Assembly: GCA_951406725.2 (NCBI GenBank)
Contig: OX597821.1
Coordinates: forward strand, 112,282,001-112,346,000
Source: Octopus vulgaris
Lineage: Eukaryota
DNA: 64,000 nucleotides
Reading direction: 5' to 3'
The notes under the pieces were generated by a model. It searched no databases, was not told where the DNA came from, and saw only the letters and a list, made by a program, of their open reading frames with translations. The translations under genes were made by a program, and so were the position numbers. Shown piece by piece: positions 26,121-38,572 of this stretch (position 1 is its first letter; every line of letters begins with the position of its first letter).

Positions 26121-26696
26121 TGATTGTCTTTTTCCTTTTCCATTGTGAACTGTATGGATGGCTTTATTGAGTTCACATGATCTAACAGCACTTCCCACCA
26201 GGAAGATGTCCAAGTGGTGTTAGATCACTGTTCACAATGGAAAAGGAAATAGACAATCAGCTGGCATTCCTGGACGTATTAATAACACGCACCAATTATG
26301 AATTCAGGACATCCGTATATCGCAAGCTGATCTTCACTGGGCGATACCGCAGCTTCAATTTCCACTATCCATACAGTGTAAAGAGAGGGATTGCTCAGTG
26401 CCTAAAACATCGTGCAAAGAATATAAGTAGCAATCGTGATACACACCACGAAGAAACGATCAAGCTCAGTAACAAAAAGTGTACTATCCACTCCAATTAC
26501 GAAGAGAGAGGGTGGGGCCAATAAACTGTCCACAGTCTGTCTACCCTATTTGAAAGGCCTCTCCGAAAAGATACAAAAGATATGCGGCTCATATGACATC
26601 AGGACAGTATTCAGGAGTAATACAACACTTCGCAAATATCTCCTTCGAGTAAAACCACCAATAGAAGAGAATATGACCAAAGACTGCGTGTACTGA
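26121..26696 (+). mobile_element. Penelope-like element (PLE) fragment: RT end/thumb/linker up to the GIY-YIG start, with an inverted 5' duplication
   Basis: PHQEDVQVVLDH..FTMEKEIDNQLAFLDVLITR...TSVYRK..FTGRY..F..HYP.SVKRGI..CL.HRA, then VCLPYLKGLSEKIQKICG.YDIRTVF....TLR.YL.RVK......TKDCVY: classic PLE motifs, frameshifted. Positions 26121-26193 hold an inverted copy encoding VLLDHVNSIKPSIQFTMEKEKDN. Confidence 0.92.
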
Positions 26697-26855
26697 GGAG
26701 CCGTTGGTGTCAAGGGATCCAAAGTGCGTGAGATCTCTTTGGTCACTTTACGTAGAAACTCTCCCCTATTGGGTAAGCGTATTGTTGAGTCTTTCGTCTG
26801 TCTATCGTCCTCTGTGTTTTGTGTTCGGCCCTGGTGGCCAATAAAGAAAGAATTA
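26697..26855 (+). mobile_element. LINE-type 3'UTR fragment
   Basis: Ends GTCCTCTGTGTTTTGTGTTCGGCCCTGGTGGCCAATAAAGAAA. Similar tails lie at 40690-40720 (minus) and in the SINE A variant (37915-37975, 39900-39965). Confidence 0.45.
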
Positions 26856-27706
26856 TTATCACCATATTATTATTATTATTATTGCTGTTGACGATTTTGT
26901 CTGAAGGAAGCCAAAGAAACAAGGTGTGGTAGGGATCGTATCTGAAATACAAGATTGAAATAAGACACATGGCCACAACCATTGGAGAGATTCCTTAAGG
27001 AAAAATGTTAAAAGGAAAAAGCAATATGAACATCACCACCACCACCACCACCACCTACCTTCATCATCATCATCATCGCCACCATCACTACTACCGCCAT
27101 CACAACCACATCATCATGATCAACATCATCGCCATTGCTGCCAACAGCATCAGCAGCAGCATCACCAAATATCTCCACAACCACCACCACCACCACCACC
27201 GCCGCCATCGACAACACCACCATCACCATCACCATTGTTCCGACTGTCTAAATAGTCTTTACTTACAATCATTACTTACGTTCAGTCTGACAAATTATCA
27301 TTAAAGCTATTTACAATAAACATCACCATCACCATCACCACCACCACCACCACCACCACTAACACCGCCAACATAAATAACAACAAGAACAACATTATTT
27401 TGACTATCATCGTAGCCATTCTCAATCATTAAGTGATTCATTACGCTTCCAACCCATGCCAGCAAGGAAAACAGGCATTACACACAATAAACGATTTTAC
27501 TGGTCTCTTGTTTCTCATAACGATGGTAATGTTGCTGCTGACGACGACAATCATCATCATCATCATCATCATCATCGCTATAGTCATAAAAGGTATCGGT
27601 CATGTATCTAGTTTATCTTAATTGGTAACATCTTTAAAGAATTTCTTGGCAACGAAGGGAAGTGATGGGGGGCGCATGCACGCGCGCGCACTTGTGTGTG
27701 TATGTG

Positions 27707-27740
<34 letters not shown>

Positions 27741-28252
27741 GGGGAGACAGACAGAAAAACAAGGAGACAGTGCCACAGACGTGAGAGATCATAAGGAGTA
27801 CAATGCGTGAGACGAGAATCAGAGTGAAACTATTCATATGTACATAGCTATGTATGTATGTATCATCATCATCATCATCGTTTAACGTCCATTCTACATG
27901 CTAGCATGGGTTGGACGGTTCGACCGGGGATTTGGGAAGCCGTATGTATGTATGTATGTATGTATGTATGTGTATGTTTGTTTGTATATGTAGGTACCTA
28001 CGCATGTACGTGTGTATGTATATATGTATGTGTATATGTAAGTATGTATGTATGCATACATATATGTATGTGTGTGTGTATGTGTATGTATGTATGTATG
28101 TATGTATGTATGTATGTATGTATGTATGTATGTATGTATGATTGTATGATTGTGTGTATGTATACACAGTTGGAAAGAGAAAGAGAAAAAGAGGGAGAGA
28201 GAAGAGAATATAGAAAAGATACGTGTGTGTATATATGTGTATACATACCTAC

Positions 28253-28291
<39 letters not shown>

Positions 28292-28779
28292 GAGAGAGAG
28301 AGTATATCTACGTAAAATAGACATGTAGATATATAGACTGGTTATTTAGGGCGTCAGAAAGTCAAAATAGAGAATTATTAGGAAAAAGAACTAGATAATC
28401 AACAATAAACAGCTGACAGAGACGAGTAGATAACTAGTAAACACGGAGGTTAATGAAGGTAAGAAGTGCACGCGCGAATTAGTGTGCGTGCGTGTGAGAG
28501 GGACAGAGACAGACAAGCGTTTTAAGGAGTTTTAATGAGAACAATAACAGATAACTATCCAGTTGTTTACGATAGCGGGATAGACATATGGCGTGTGGTT
28601 TCGCAGCACACAAGATGAAGCAATATTCTGCATCCTTGAGGAAAACAATTGAGTATTTCTTAAAGAAAAAATGCGTTTCTGATGAAATTTATCGTTAATC
28701 TATAATAGTGTTTATTAATAAGCAGTTTAGGAAAAGAATGAAGTTGCATCAGGTAAAGTGAAAGCTTCGTTTAAACTTA

Positions 28780-29225
28780 TGGTTGTTGATACTGCTGTCC
28801 AGCCTATGTCAATCCTTATTGAGTTGAGCCATGATTAAAGACATTCCAAGTATGAACATCATGTTTTATTCGTAGGTGTAAGAATGTAGGTCTACGCTAT
28901 CTAATGTGTTCTGTTTGTATATATATGAAAGATAGAGTTGTGCAAGACTTAACTGGTATTTCTGGTAGATCGAGTGACCATGCTGAAGTTACCCAGCTGA
29001 CCGAGCAGACATATGAGCAAAAGCATTCCAGCCATGACTACCCTGACGTTTTAAGACTAGTTTAACTAATCTTCTTTGTAGGAGAATGTCTTACATAAAG
29101 AGTAATCTGGCTGCTACTACTAGATCTTCGTTACTAAATGTGTCCATTATTTTTTTTCAAATATCGGATCTGCCATTTGACAGAGATTTCGTTGCTATTT
29201 CTAGCAAATGGAGTTATCAAGCACA
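28780..29225 (+). mobile_element. Tandem decayed copies of an old SINE-like family (E)
   Basis: Recurrent CATTCCAGCCATGAC and GGCTGCTATTTCTAGCA motifs. The same motifs occur near 43850-44030, 46800, 47330-47590, 49000, 59600 and 63560. Confidence 0.5.
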
Positions 29226-30373
29226 GGCTTTTATTTTGGCACGTTTCTTGGCAATAGCGTACTGAGGGTCAGTTTAGAAAGGATAATGTTTTTAGGATTC
29301 TATAAAAAAGAATGTAAGAAAATAGGTGAGGGGGATAAATTAGCGGTTGTGCTGAAATATTTGTGGTATGGAATAATTAACGAAGAAAAAAGAAACAAGG
29401 AAAAATATTTAAAATACAAAACAGAAAGAGAGAAAGCTAAACCTTATAAAATCTTCTTTAAAGAAGAAAACATGTGTTTAATTTTCTTTATCTGAAGACA
29501 AGTGAAGCAAAGCAGTGATTTAAGCAGACTAAGGTGAAAGGAAGGCGAAGATAGACAAAGAGAGACAGTAGGGGTGAGGAAATAGAAAATTGCAATCATA
29601 ATATTGCTTTAAGGAGACATTACTTGGTTTAATCTTTAAAGTTTAAGAAACATATGCTAGAGAGACACAAAAAAGCTCTCAAAAAAACAAGGCGGGGGAA
29701 ACTTTTTATTAAAATCCTTTTAAACAAACACAATTTAGACAACATGCTGTTGACGCCCTTTCAACTGTATATAATAAGGCAGAATAGAATATCAAATGAG
29801 TGTTCGGAATTTGGAGAGAGAAAAAAAGAGAAAAACTTGGCCTGTAGGTGTTAGGTTAAAAATCTATGTTTTGAGTCGATGTTTACGAGTTTGAGTTCAA
29901 AGCACAAAGACTTACAAAAGCTCCTTCAGTTTATTGTGCTGTAAAGTTTTAAATTGTATATATTTTTTGTATTATTGTCATATTTTCCTATTTAGGAATC
30001 ACAGACAAAACATGAAAGCGTTAAGGAATAACAACGAAAATATACCCATGACTGGCTCTATATTATGCATGCATCAAGCATTATATATACACGAACATTA
30101 TATTATATATATATATATATATGAAATTAGAGGTTTCGAGGAAGCCTCATTATTTTCTACAATCATCAAAGACCCTATTTTATGTCTACATGTCCAATTT
30201 CTAAAAAAACAAGTCAGAGCGACTACAAAGACATTATTTTCCGATGACGGCATTCAAAACATTAAACAAAGGGAAACCAAATAAAACAATTAGAAATAAA
30301 CAGGGTTTTTTTTATTGTTATCCTCGAAGGAGATTCTGACGGAAAACACGAAGGTTTTAATCTCACACCATTT

Positions 30374-30441
30374 TATCATTATTATTACTATTATTATTAT
30401 TATTATTATTGTTATTATTATTATTATTTTTATTATTATCA

Positions 30442-30489
<48 letters not shown>

Positions 30490-30501
30490 TCATCATTATT
30501 A

Positions 30502-30532
<31 letters not shown>

Positions 30533-30546
30533 TATTATTATTATCA

Positions 30547-30578
<32 letters not shown>

Positions 30579-30602
30579 GTTATTATTATTATTTTTATTA
30601 TT

Positions 30603-30637
<35 letters not shown>

Positions 30638-30672
30638 CATTATCCTTATTATTATTATTATTATTATTATCA

Positions 30673-30710
<38 letters not shown>

Positions 30711-30738
30711 GTTATTATTATTATTTTTATTATTATCA

Positions 30739-30773
<35 letters not shown>

Positions 30774-30872
30774 GTTGTTATTATTATTTTTATTATTATC
30801 ATCATTATTATTATTATTTTTATTATTATTATTATCGTTGTCATCATCATCATCATCATCATCATCATTATC
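30374..30872. repeat. ~500-bp (ATT/ATC)n microsatellite with higher-order periodicity
   Basis: Recurring GTT-(ATT)n-TTT-(ATT)n-ATCATC blocks. Source of the 231-232 aa poly-Ile ORFs. Confidence 0.97.
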
Positions 30873-30878
30873 AATGAA

Positions 30879-31092
30879 GGCGACGAGCTGGCAGAAACGT
30901 TAGCACGCCGGGCGAAATGCGCAGCCGTATTTCGTCTGCCGCTACGTTCTGAGTTCAAATTTCCGCCGAGGATGACTTTGCCTTTCATCCTTTTGGAGTC
31001 GATTAAATAAGTACCAGTTACACACTGGGGTTGATGTAATTGACTATAATCCCTTACCCCAAAGTTGAAGCCTTGTGCTTCCGGTAGAAAGG

Positions 31093-31136
<44 letters not shown>

Positions 31137-31385
31137 CATTATCACTATTATTATTAGGGAGGCGAACTGGCAGAAAAGTTACCATGCCGGAAAAATGCTC
31201 AGCGGTAATTATTCCGGTTTTACGTCCTTGTGTTCAAATTCCGCCGAGGTCGACTTTGCCATACATCCTTTCGGGGAGGATGAATTAAATACCAGTCAAG
31301 TATTGGGGGGGGGGGGGTCGATGTGATCGACTTACCCTCTCCCCGAAAAATTTCAGGCCTTGTGCGTATTGTAGAAAGGATTATC
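30879..31385 (+). mobile_element. Two tandem SINE family A copies
   Basis: Full-length copies at 30879-31095 and 31160-31385, each ending GTAGAAAGG(ATT)n. Confidence 0.92.
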
Positions 31386-32011
31386 ATCATCATCATCATC
31401 ATTATCATTATTATTCACATCACCGAATTTAATCCTGAGTCATAGGAGCTAACCTTGAATAATTTTATTTATTCATTTATCATCATCATCATCATCACCG
31501 CTATTGAATTGTTCTGGTTCCGAATATAAACTTCTTTCAGATTGCTTACCATGAAAAAAAAAAAAAAAATATTTTCCCCCCTTTTTTCCCTTCTCAATGA
31601 TGTAACAATCTTTTATTTCATTTTATTTATTTATTTTTTTCTCCCCAAGAAAAACCGTTTTCCATTCAAAAATTCCTTAGACAAAGCTTTAGTTTACATA
31701 CATGTCCACCAAATTTCGTTATATTACATCACTTGTTATTGTTGCTGGAAGGTATTCCATACAAGACAACGGTCGAGAGAAATGGTTTATTGTTAAGGTT
31801 AACTTAAGAGAAAGAAATGCTATAATTATGGAAGTAAATAAGCAGAACAAAAGATCTATTGGAATACTAGCAATAACAATACTCGTAGCCCAAATTTCTC
31901 TCAAGGCTAAAATATACAAAGAGAATTACTTTACTATATTTTCATTTTAACATGTAACACTTTTTAATTATTTATTTTTCTTTCTGTTGTTTACTTTCAC
32001 TTTATAGAATC

Positions 32012-32045
<34 letters not shown>

Positions 32046-32049
32046 GAAT

Positions 32050-32345
32050 GCGGCGAGCTGGCAGAAACGTTAGCACGCCGGGCAAAATGCGTAGCCGTAT
32101 TTCGTCTGCCGTTACGTTCTGAGTTCAAATTTCGCCGAGGTTGACTTTGCCTTTCATCTTTGCGGGGTCGATAAATTAAGTACCAGTGAAACACTGGGGT
32201 CGATGTAATCGACTAGTCCTCTCCCCACAAATTCCAGGCCTTATGCCTCCAGTAGAAGGGATTGTTATTATTACTGAATGCGGTGAGCTGACAGAATCGT
32301 TAGCACGCCGGGCGAAATGCTTAGTGGCAAAAATTTGAAATGATT
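32050..32345 (+). mobile_element. SINE family A full copy plus deleted copy
   Basis: Full copy 32050-32265, then a short head+tail fusion at 32280-32345. Confidence 0.9.
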
Positions 32346-32451
32346 ATTATTATTATTAGTAGTAGTAGTAGTAGTAGTAGTAGTAATAGTAGTAGTGTAT
32401 TGTAATCGCTATTATTACTATTACTTCTTCCTCTTATTATTATTACCATTG

Positions 32452-32495
<44 letters not shown>

Positions 32496-33011
32496 ATTAT
32501 TTGCTTTATTGTCTCTAATAAAATATTGCACAAAAGAAGGGGAAAAATCCTTGCAAAAAATCTCCCTGAAAACTACAACCAAATGAAAAAGATTTAAAAT
32601 GGCGGAAACTAGTAATGGTGGCGGGCGACGGATGAATTTGACAAACTCTATCAGAAGAACAAATTGAAGAATATGACAACTAATAAAACTAGAGTATGTT
32701 GCTGACTAAAAGACAATTCTTATTGATTCAATTTTCTCTTGGAGAGAGTTTTGTTTGAAAGTCAGCATTTAATTTCCTTAAATATACGCTGAAGAGAAGA
32801 AGAAAAAAAAATATATGAAGTAAAACGAAGGAGATTGAAAGAAAAATGCAACGAAACTATTAAAAGATAAAGACGGCGAAACATATGAAAGAAAAGACAA
32901 TAATTCGGCAGTCTTTTATATGGCGAGGAGAAGTTAAAGAAATTAGAATGCGTTCTATTCGAAAGAAAAAAAGAATAATAAAAGGAAATGATGATGACGA
33001 CTGATAATAAC

Positions 33012-33087
<76 letters not shown>

Positions 33088-33156
33088 GTGATGGTAGTGA
33101 TGATGATGATGATTATGATAGTGAATGAAAAGATGGAAAGGAAAACGAGGACACAC

Positions 33157-33277
33157 CTTGTCATCCTCCCCTTCTCCTTCCTCTGCTAACTTAGAAATGT
33201 GAAAGATATTTTCCTGGTGATATTCTTGGAACCATTGTGACAGTTCCAAGGTCATAAAAATCTTGTCATATGTTCGA
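33157..33277 (-). CDS. Candidate coding exon of an unidentified host gene (RTYDKIF)MTLELSQWFQEYHQENIFHISKLAEEGEGEDDK
   Basis: Non-repetitive 121-bp island. Acceptor GTTTTAAACAG, donor AAG|GTGTGT, open frame ending in phase 0, protein-like composition. No family recognised. Confidence 0.45.
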
Positions 33278-33855
33278 CTGTTTAAAACATGAATCATGAG
33301 ATTGTCTTCGACAGAAAACACACACTCATACACACACACATCTAAAATATATAACGAAAGAAAGCAGAAAAAGAACAAAGACGAAATTCTATCTGAAATA
33401 ACAGATTTTGATTGGACAATATCAAACTCCCAAATTTTCTGATTATGTCAATATGTCAACAGCAGCAGTAGCAGAAGGAGAAGAAGAAAATTACAAAATT
33501 TGAACAGGAGCAAAAAAAAATTGTAAAAAAAGAAAAAGACACGACAGAAAATAAATTTTAATAATACAAGCAAAATACGAGAACTCGATGTAACACTACA
33601 CGAATGGTTTTCTATGATGTAGATACCACACACACACACACACACACATGTATAGTCAGTCACAGAGCAATGGTAAGTTGGTTTGGCAAATAAATGACCT
33701 TGGGTGCCAATTAGGCACGAGGAAGCGATGACAGCACCTCGAAACACATGTACCAAAATCAATAATCTCATTACCCATATGATGCACAAACATTATTCTA
33801 CTGTCCCCAAGGCAATCTTTAGAGACGATAGCAAAACTGTACGCATATGCATTTT

Positions 33856-33903
<48 letters not shown>

Positions 33904-34527
33904 ATTTTCGCAAATATGGCAAGTCCAATAACCGAAGCATGTCTATACCACTGGTTTCACATCAGCAAAGAAATATTTTGCCACAATGATTGAAGCTGGA
34001 AAGCTGCTCTCTGTCGACTGGATGAGCGCGGCAAAATGCTCCTTTGCTGATGATGCGTAACCATACGTATACGCATAGATTGCTACATTAAACACGCACG
34101 CACACACACACACACGAAGTATTTGTAACCGGCAGAAGATACAAAGTGACTTAAAGGCTGAGAATTTTGTGTATCCTTCTCCGTATGTATGTACATATCT
34201 GTATCTGTGTGTGCGTGTGTGTACGTGTGCGTGTATTAATACATGTCGTAACACGGGTGCTCCAAAATCCCCAGTGTTTATGAATCAAAAGTGTTATGAA
34301 CAGATATTCATCGTAAAAGAGAAACTGTTCCCCTGAGAGACGAAGTTCACCAGCGATTAGCATATCTACATTCGAATCTGTCAGAACGTATCTCTCTTAT
34401 GATTAACAATAAATACGCATGTCATTATTTCGAATTTCGCTGTCCACTGTGCAAAAAACCATCTCCATCTATCTCTCTGTCTGTCTGTCTAACTATCCAT
34501 TTATCTATTAATCTATCTGTATGTCTG

Positions 34528-34581
<54 letters not shown>

Positions 34582-34702
34582 CATTTATCTATCAAACTAT
34601 TTATCTGTCTATCTATTTATCTATCTATGTCTATACTCACATACACATAAATACATACAAACATACATACGTACATATATGTGTGTGCCCACACGCGCGT
34701 CA

Positions 34703-34745
34703 GTGATTTCGAAGTTTCGACCTGCTAGCCTTCGTCAGATTCTGA
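34703..34745 (-). ncRNA. Hammerhead-like motif (family 2)
   Basis: Minus strand CTGACGA-A-GGCT-AGCA-GGTC-GAAACTTCGAAATC. Core intact, stem III damaged. Confidence 0.45.
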
Positions 34746-34858
34746 ACACATATACATAATGCGTATGTGTGAGCGTGTCTACATATAAACACACACAGAA
34801 ACATATAACAGCAATGTGTTCAGCTACCTGCTCCGTTTTCCTTCAGTTTATTCATATA

Positions 34859-35251
34859 CTAGCAGTATCGCCCGGCGTTGCTCGGGTTTGCTTCGACCCT
34901 TTAGAATTGGAATTTTTGAAAAGTAAAAATTTTGCATTATGTAGCTTGTTATTCTCTTTAAGTGAACATTTTTCTGGTTGAAATACACCGAAAAATGGCG
35001 ACACAGCAGTCAAAAAATCGTAAAAAATAAGGATTTTCATAGACAAAAAAGCACCTTTTTGATGTAAATAATTTTTGGTGTTAACATGGTCCAATTTGAT
35101 TTTTTTCTTCTACGGAAGGAAGAGCAAGCCTTCTTCTATCATACTCTCAGTTTTGCTCAACTTGCGCCGCAGGGTCTCGGAGGAGATAGTGTTAGTTGAA
35201 GGCTACCAAACCTGCCATACACAGACAACTTCAGCTTTATATATAGAGAGA
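34859..35251 (-). mobile_element. Complete non-autonomous Helitron (~390 bp)
   Basis: On the minus strand: A|TC 5' end (TCTCTCTATATATAAAGCTG), 3' hairpin CCCGAGCAACGCCGGG, CTAG|T end, no target duplication. Confidence 0.82.
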
Positions 35252-35795
35252 TTTATTTATTTTTATATATATATAGATATTTATATATATATATATATTT
35301 ATATAGAGAGAGATTTATGTGGATAGAGGGGGTGGCGGAGAGGAACATTTGAACTCTGTACATTTCTGATAAAAATTCCCCTCACAATCTTTTTTCATAT
35401 AGTTTTTTTCTCTTCTCACAGGTCACACAAAACCAGGCCTTTTTCCTTTTCGTCTCTTGTATTTGTTGTTATTATTATTATCTTCATTGTTATTGTTCTT
35501 ATTATTAATATTATTATTATTATTATTCGCCCCCATCTTTTTTGTTTTTTTATTATCCTATACTGCGTACACTTCCCTTCATTGTTTTATTGTATGCTTC
35601 CAGTTTATTTGGGTTTTTCTTATCATTTCATTATATGCAAAATCCCACATGTTAAGTCTGTCTTTCCACTGCCCCTCTCCACCCTCCGCCCTGGTGGCAG
35701 ATAAAAGAAATCATCACTATCATTATTATCATTATTATTGTTGTTGTTGTTGTTATTACGATATTTACGTATTATGTACGCGTGGGCGTGTGTGT

Positions 35796-35818
35796 ATGTA
35801 TATCTATCTGTCTATCTA

Positions 35819-35872
<54 letters not shown>

Positions 35873-35874
35873 CA

Positions 35875-35906
<32 letters not shown>

Positions 35907-36019
35907 CACATACATATATACACATATATATATACATAAATACATACATACATACATATATATATCTATACACATATACACATATATACATATATATATA
36001 CATATATGTGTGTATTCAG

Positions 36020-36077
<58 letters not shown>

Positions 36078-36167
36078 CAGATATACACATAACACGTATA
36101 CATATATATACGTACACATATATATATATATACACTTATATATATACATATATATATATGTATATAT

Positions 36168-36242
<75 letters not shown>

Positions 36243-36262
36243 TATATATACATATGCATATA
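35796..36262. repeat. Compound (TA)/(TACA)/(CA) microsatellite
   Basis: Directly visible. Similar tracts lie at 1160-1650, 36700-37180, 41760-42180, 56150-56610 and 56980-57500. Confidence 0.97.
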
Positions 36263-36697
36263 TAGGTTAATCACAACGTCTTAACAGAATTCCCCCTATC
36301 AGGCTCGAGAGGAGAGAGAGAGAGAGAGAGAGAGAGACTGACAGAAAAAAAAGGAGAAAACACATACACACAAAAAAAACATATACCAGGGAGAAAAAAA
36401 AAGTAAAAAGCACAGAAACTATAGAAGTACAAGGTAGACGTGTTAAGTGTTGAAAGGGCAAGCAAATAAGATTAAGTGTGTTTTAATTATCTCTTCTAAA
36501 GAACGGGCAAAGCACTTGCGCACATCCAGATAGGCGAAGCTCTGCGCATGATCGTACAAATTTCATTATCTCTCTCTGTCACACCCACATAGGTGATAGC
36601 TAATTCAATTGTGTTCGTCGTTTGGTCCATCTGTATTCGTATTTGTCTATCTATCCAGTTTCTCTGTCTGACAGTGTTCTCTCTCTCTCTCACTCTG

Positions 36698-36779
<82 letters not shown>

Positions 36780-36824
36780 TGTATCTATCTATAAATAGAC
36801 AGATAGATTAATGTGTGAGTGTAT

Positions 36825-36855
<31 letters not shown>

Positions 36856-37023
36856 ATATAAGCAATATCGTATGTAATACATACACACATTAATCTGTCT
36901 GTCTATGCGTGTGTATATGTGTACGTGCATGTGTCTATGTGTGCATACATATATATATATATATATTTATATATCTATATATATACATACACACATATAT
37001 ACATATATAAAGAGATATATAAA

Positions 37024-37057
<34 letters not shown>

Positions 37058-37593
37058 CATACACACGCACATACACATATATATATATATAAACACGCAC
37101 ATGTTTGTATATATATATGTGTATGTGTGTGTGTGTACATAAATGTACACACACACATACACACACACACACACACACAATTATATACACGGAAACACTC
37201 ATCTACGAATGTATTTATAATCCACAAAATTATTCTCACCAGCAAATTACTTTTCTGTATTTGCGTGCGCGCGCACGTATGTGTTTGCGCGCACGCGAAC
37301 CAGCGCGCGCGCGTGTATAGTGTGTATATGTAAATGGCGTTATGAAGTGTCTCACACCGTCGGTACCACATTAACCACAACACCACCACCACCATCATCA
37401 TCACCATCATCATAATCACCAATACCACACTCACCCCCACCACCACCACCATCACCAAGATGAAGAACAACAACAACAACAACAACTGCCTCACTCTAAC
37501 CAAATGACGGCACCTGATATTTTCTCACTCACTTATCTGTTCATAACCTCGGGCAGTTATAGCATTATCACAAAGATATATTCAATGAGATTA

Positions 37594-37649
<56 letters not shown>

Positions 37650-37774
37650 ATGATGGTGGTGGTGGTGGTCGAGGTGGACTGTGGTTGTGTGTTTTTTTTT
37701 TTTTGTGTCAGGTAGGAAACTGGAAACAACTAGGGAAAAAATGGTGTAATAATAATGATAATAATTATTTACAA

Positions 37775-38507
37775 TGAAGGTACAAGACCAGAAATTGTGG
37801 GGAGGGGGCCTAGTCGATCACGTCGACTCCAGTGTTTATCGACCCCCGAAAGGTTGAAAGGCGAAGTCGACTCTAGCAGAATATGAACTCAGAACGTAAA
37901 AACGGACGAAATACCTATTTCTTTACTACCCACAAGGGGCTAAACACAGAGAGGACAAACAAGGACAGACAAACGAATTAAGTCGACTACATCGACTCCA
38001 GTCCGTAACTGGTACTTAATTTATCGACCCCGAAAGGATGAAGGGCAAAGTCGACCTCGGCGGAATTTGAACTCAGGACGTAAAGACAGACGAAGTACCT
38101 ATTTCTTTACTACCCACAAGGGGCTAAACACAGAGAGGACAAACAAGGGCAATTAAGTGGATTACATCGACCCAAGTGCGTAACTGGTACTTAATTTATC
38201 GACCCCGAAAGGATGAAAGGCAAAGTCGACTCTAGCAGAATATGAACTCAGAACGTAAAAACGGACGAAATACCTATTTCTTTACTACCCACAAGGGGCT
38301 AAACACAGAGAGGACAAACACGGACAGACAAACGGATTAAGTCGATTATATCGACCCCAGTGCGTAATTGGTACATATTTAATCGACCCCGAAAGGATGA
38401 AAGGCAAAGTCGACCTCGGCGGAATTTGAACTCAGAACGTAACGGCAGACGAAATACAGTTAAGCATTTCGCCCGGCGTGCAAACGATTCTGCCAGCTCA
38501 CCGCCTC
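37775..38507 (-). mobile_element. Head-to-tail multimer of SINE family A variant (one head plus four cores, period 175-185 bp)
   Basis: Core ATCGACCCCGAAAGG starts at 37838, 38023, 38198 and 38382. The junction GAAATACCTATTTC appears three times (once as GAAGTACC). Confidence 0.92.
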
Positions 38508-38509
38508 AG

Positions 38510-38572
<63 letters not shown>

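Noticed and set aside
30290-31010. 231-232 aa ORFs (poly-Ile/Leu)
   Set aside because: Translations of an (ATT)n tract plus SINE A; not genes.
31535-31556. Minus-strand ATG|GTAAGC donor; also a GTGAGT donor near 37531
   Set aside because: Isolated signals with no definable exon.
34046-34080. CTGATGA followed by a TGCGTA/TACGCA stem
   Set aside because: No GAAA after the stem. The CTGAnGA hits at 1845-1875, 4272, 41655 and 54911 also lack either stem II or GAAA.
35403-35440. Strong plus-strand splice acceptor TTTTTTTCTCTTCTCACAG
   Set aside because: No plausible downstream donor or reading frame; pyrimidine tracts are common here.
37838-38445. Regularly spaced repeats suggestive of a CRISPR array
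   Set aside because: The whole ~180-bp unit repeats, there are no unique spacers and no cas genes, and the context is eukaryotic SINE sequence.
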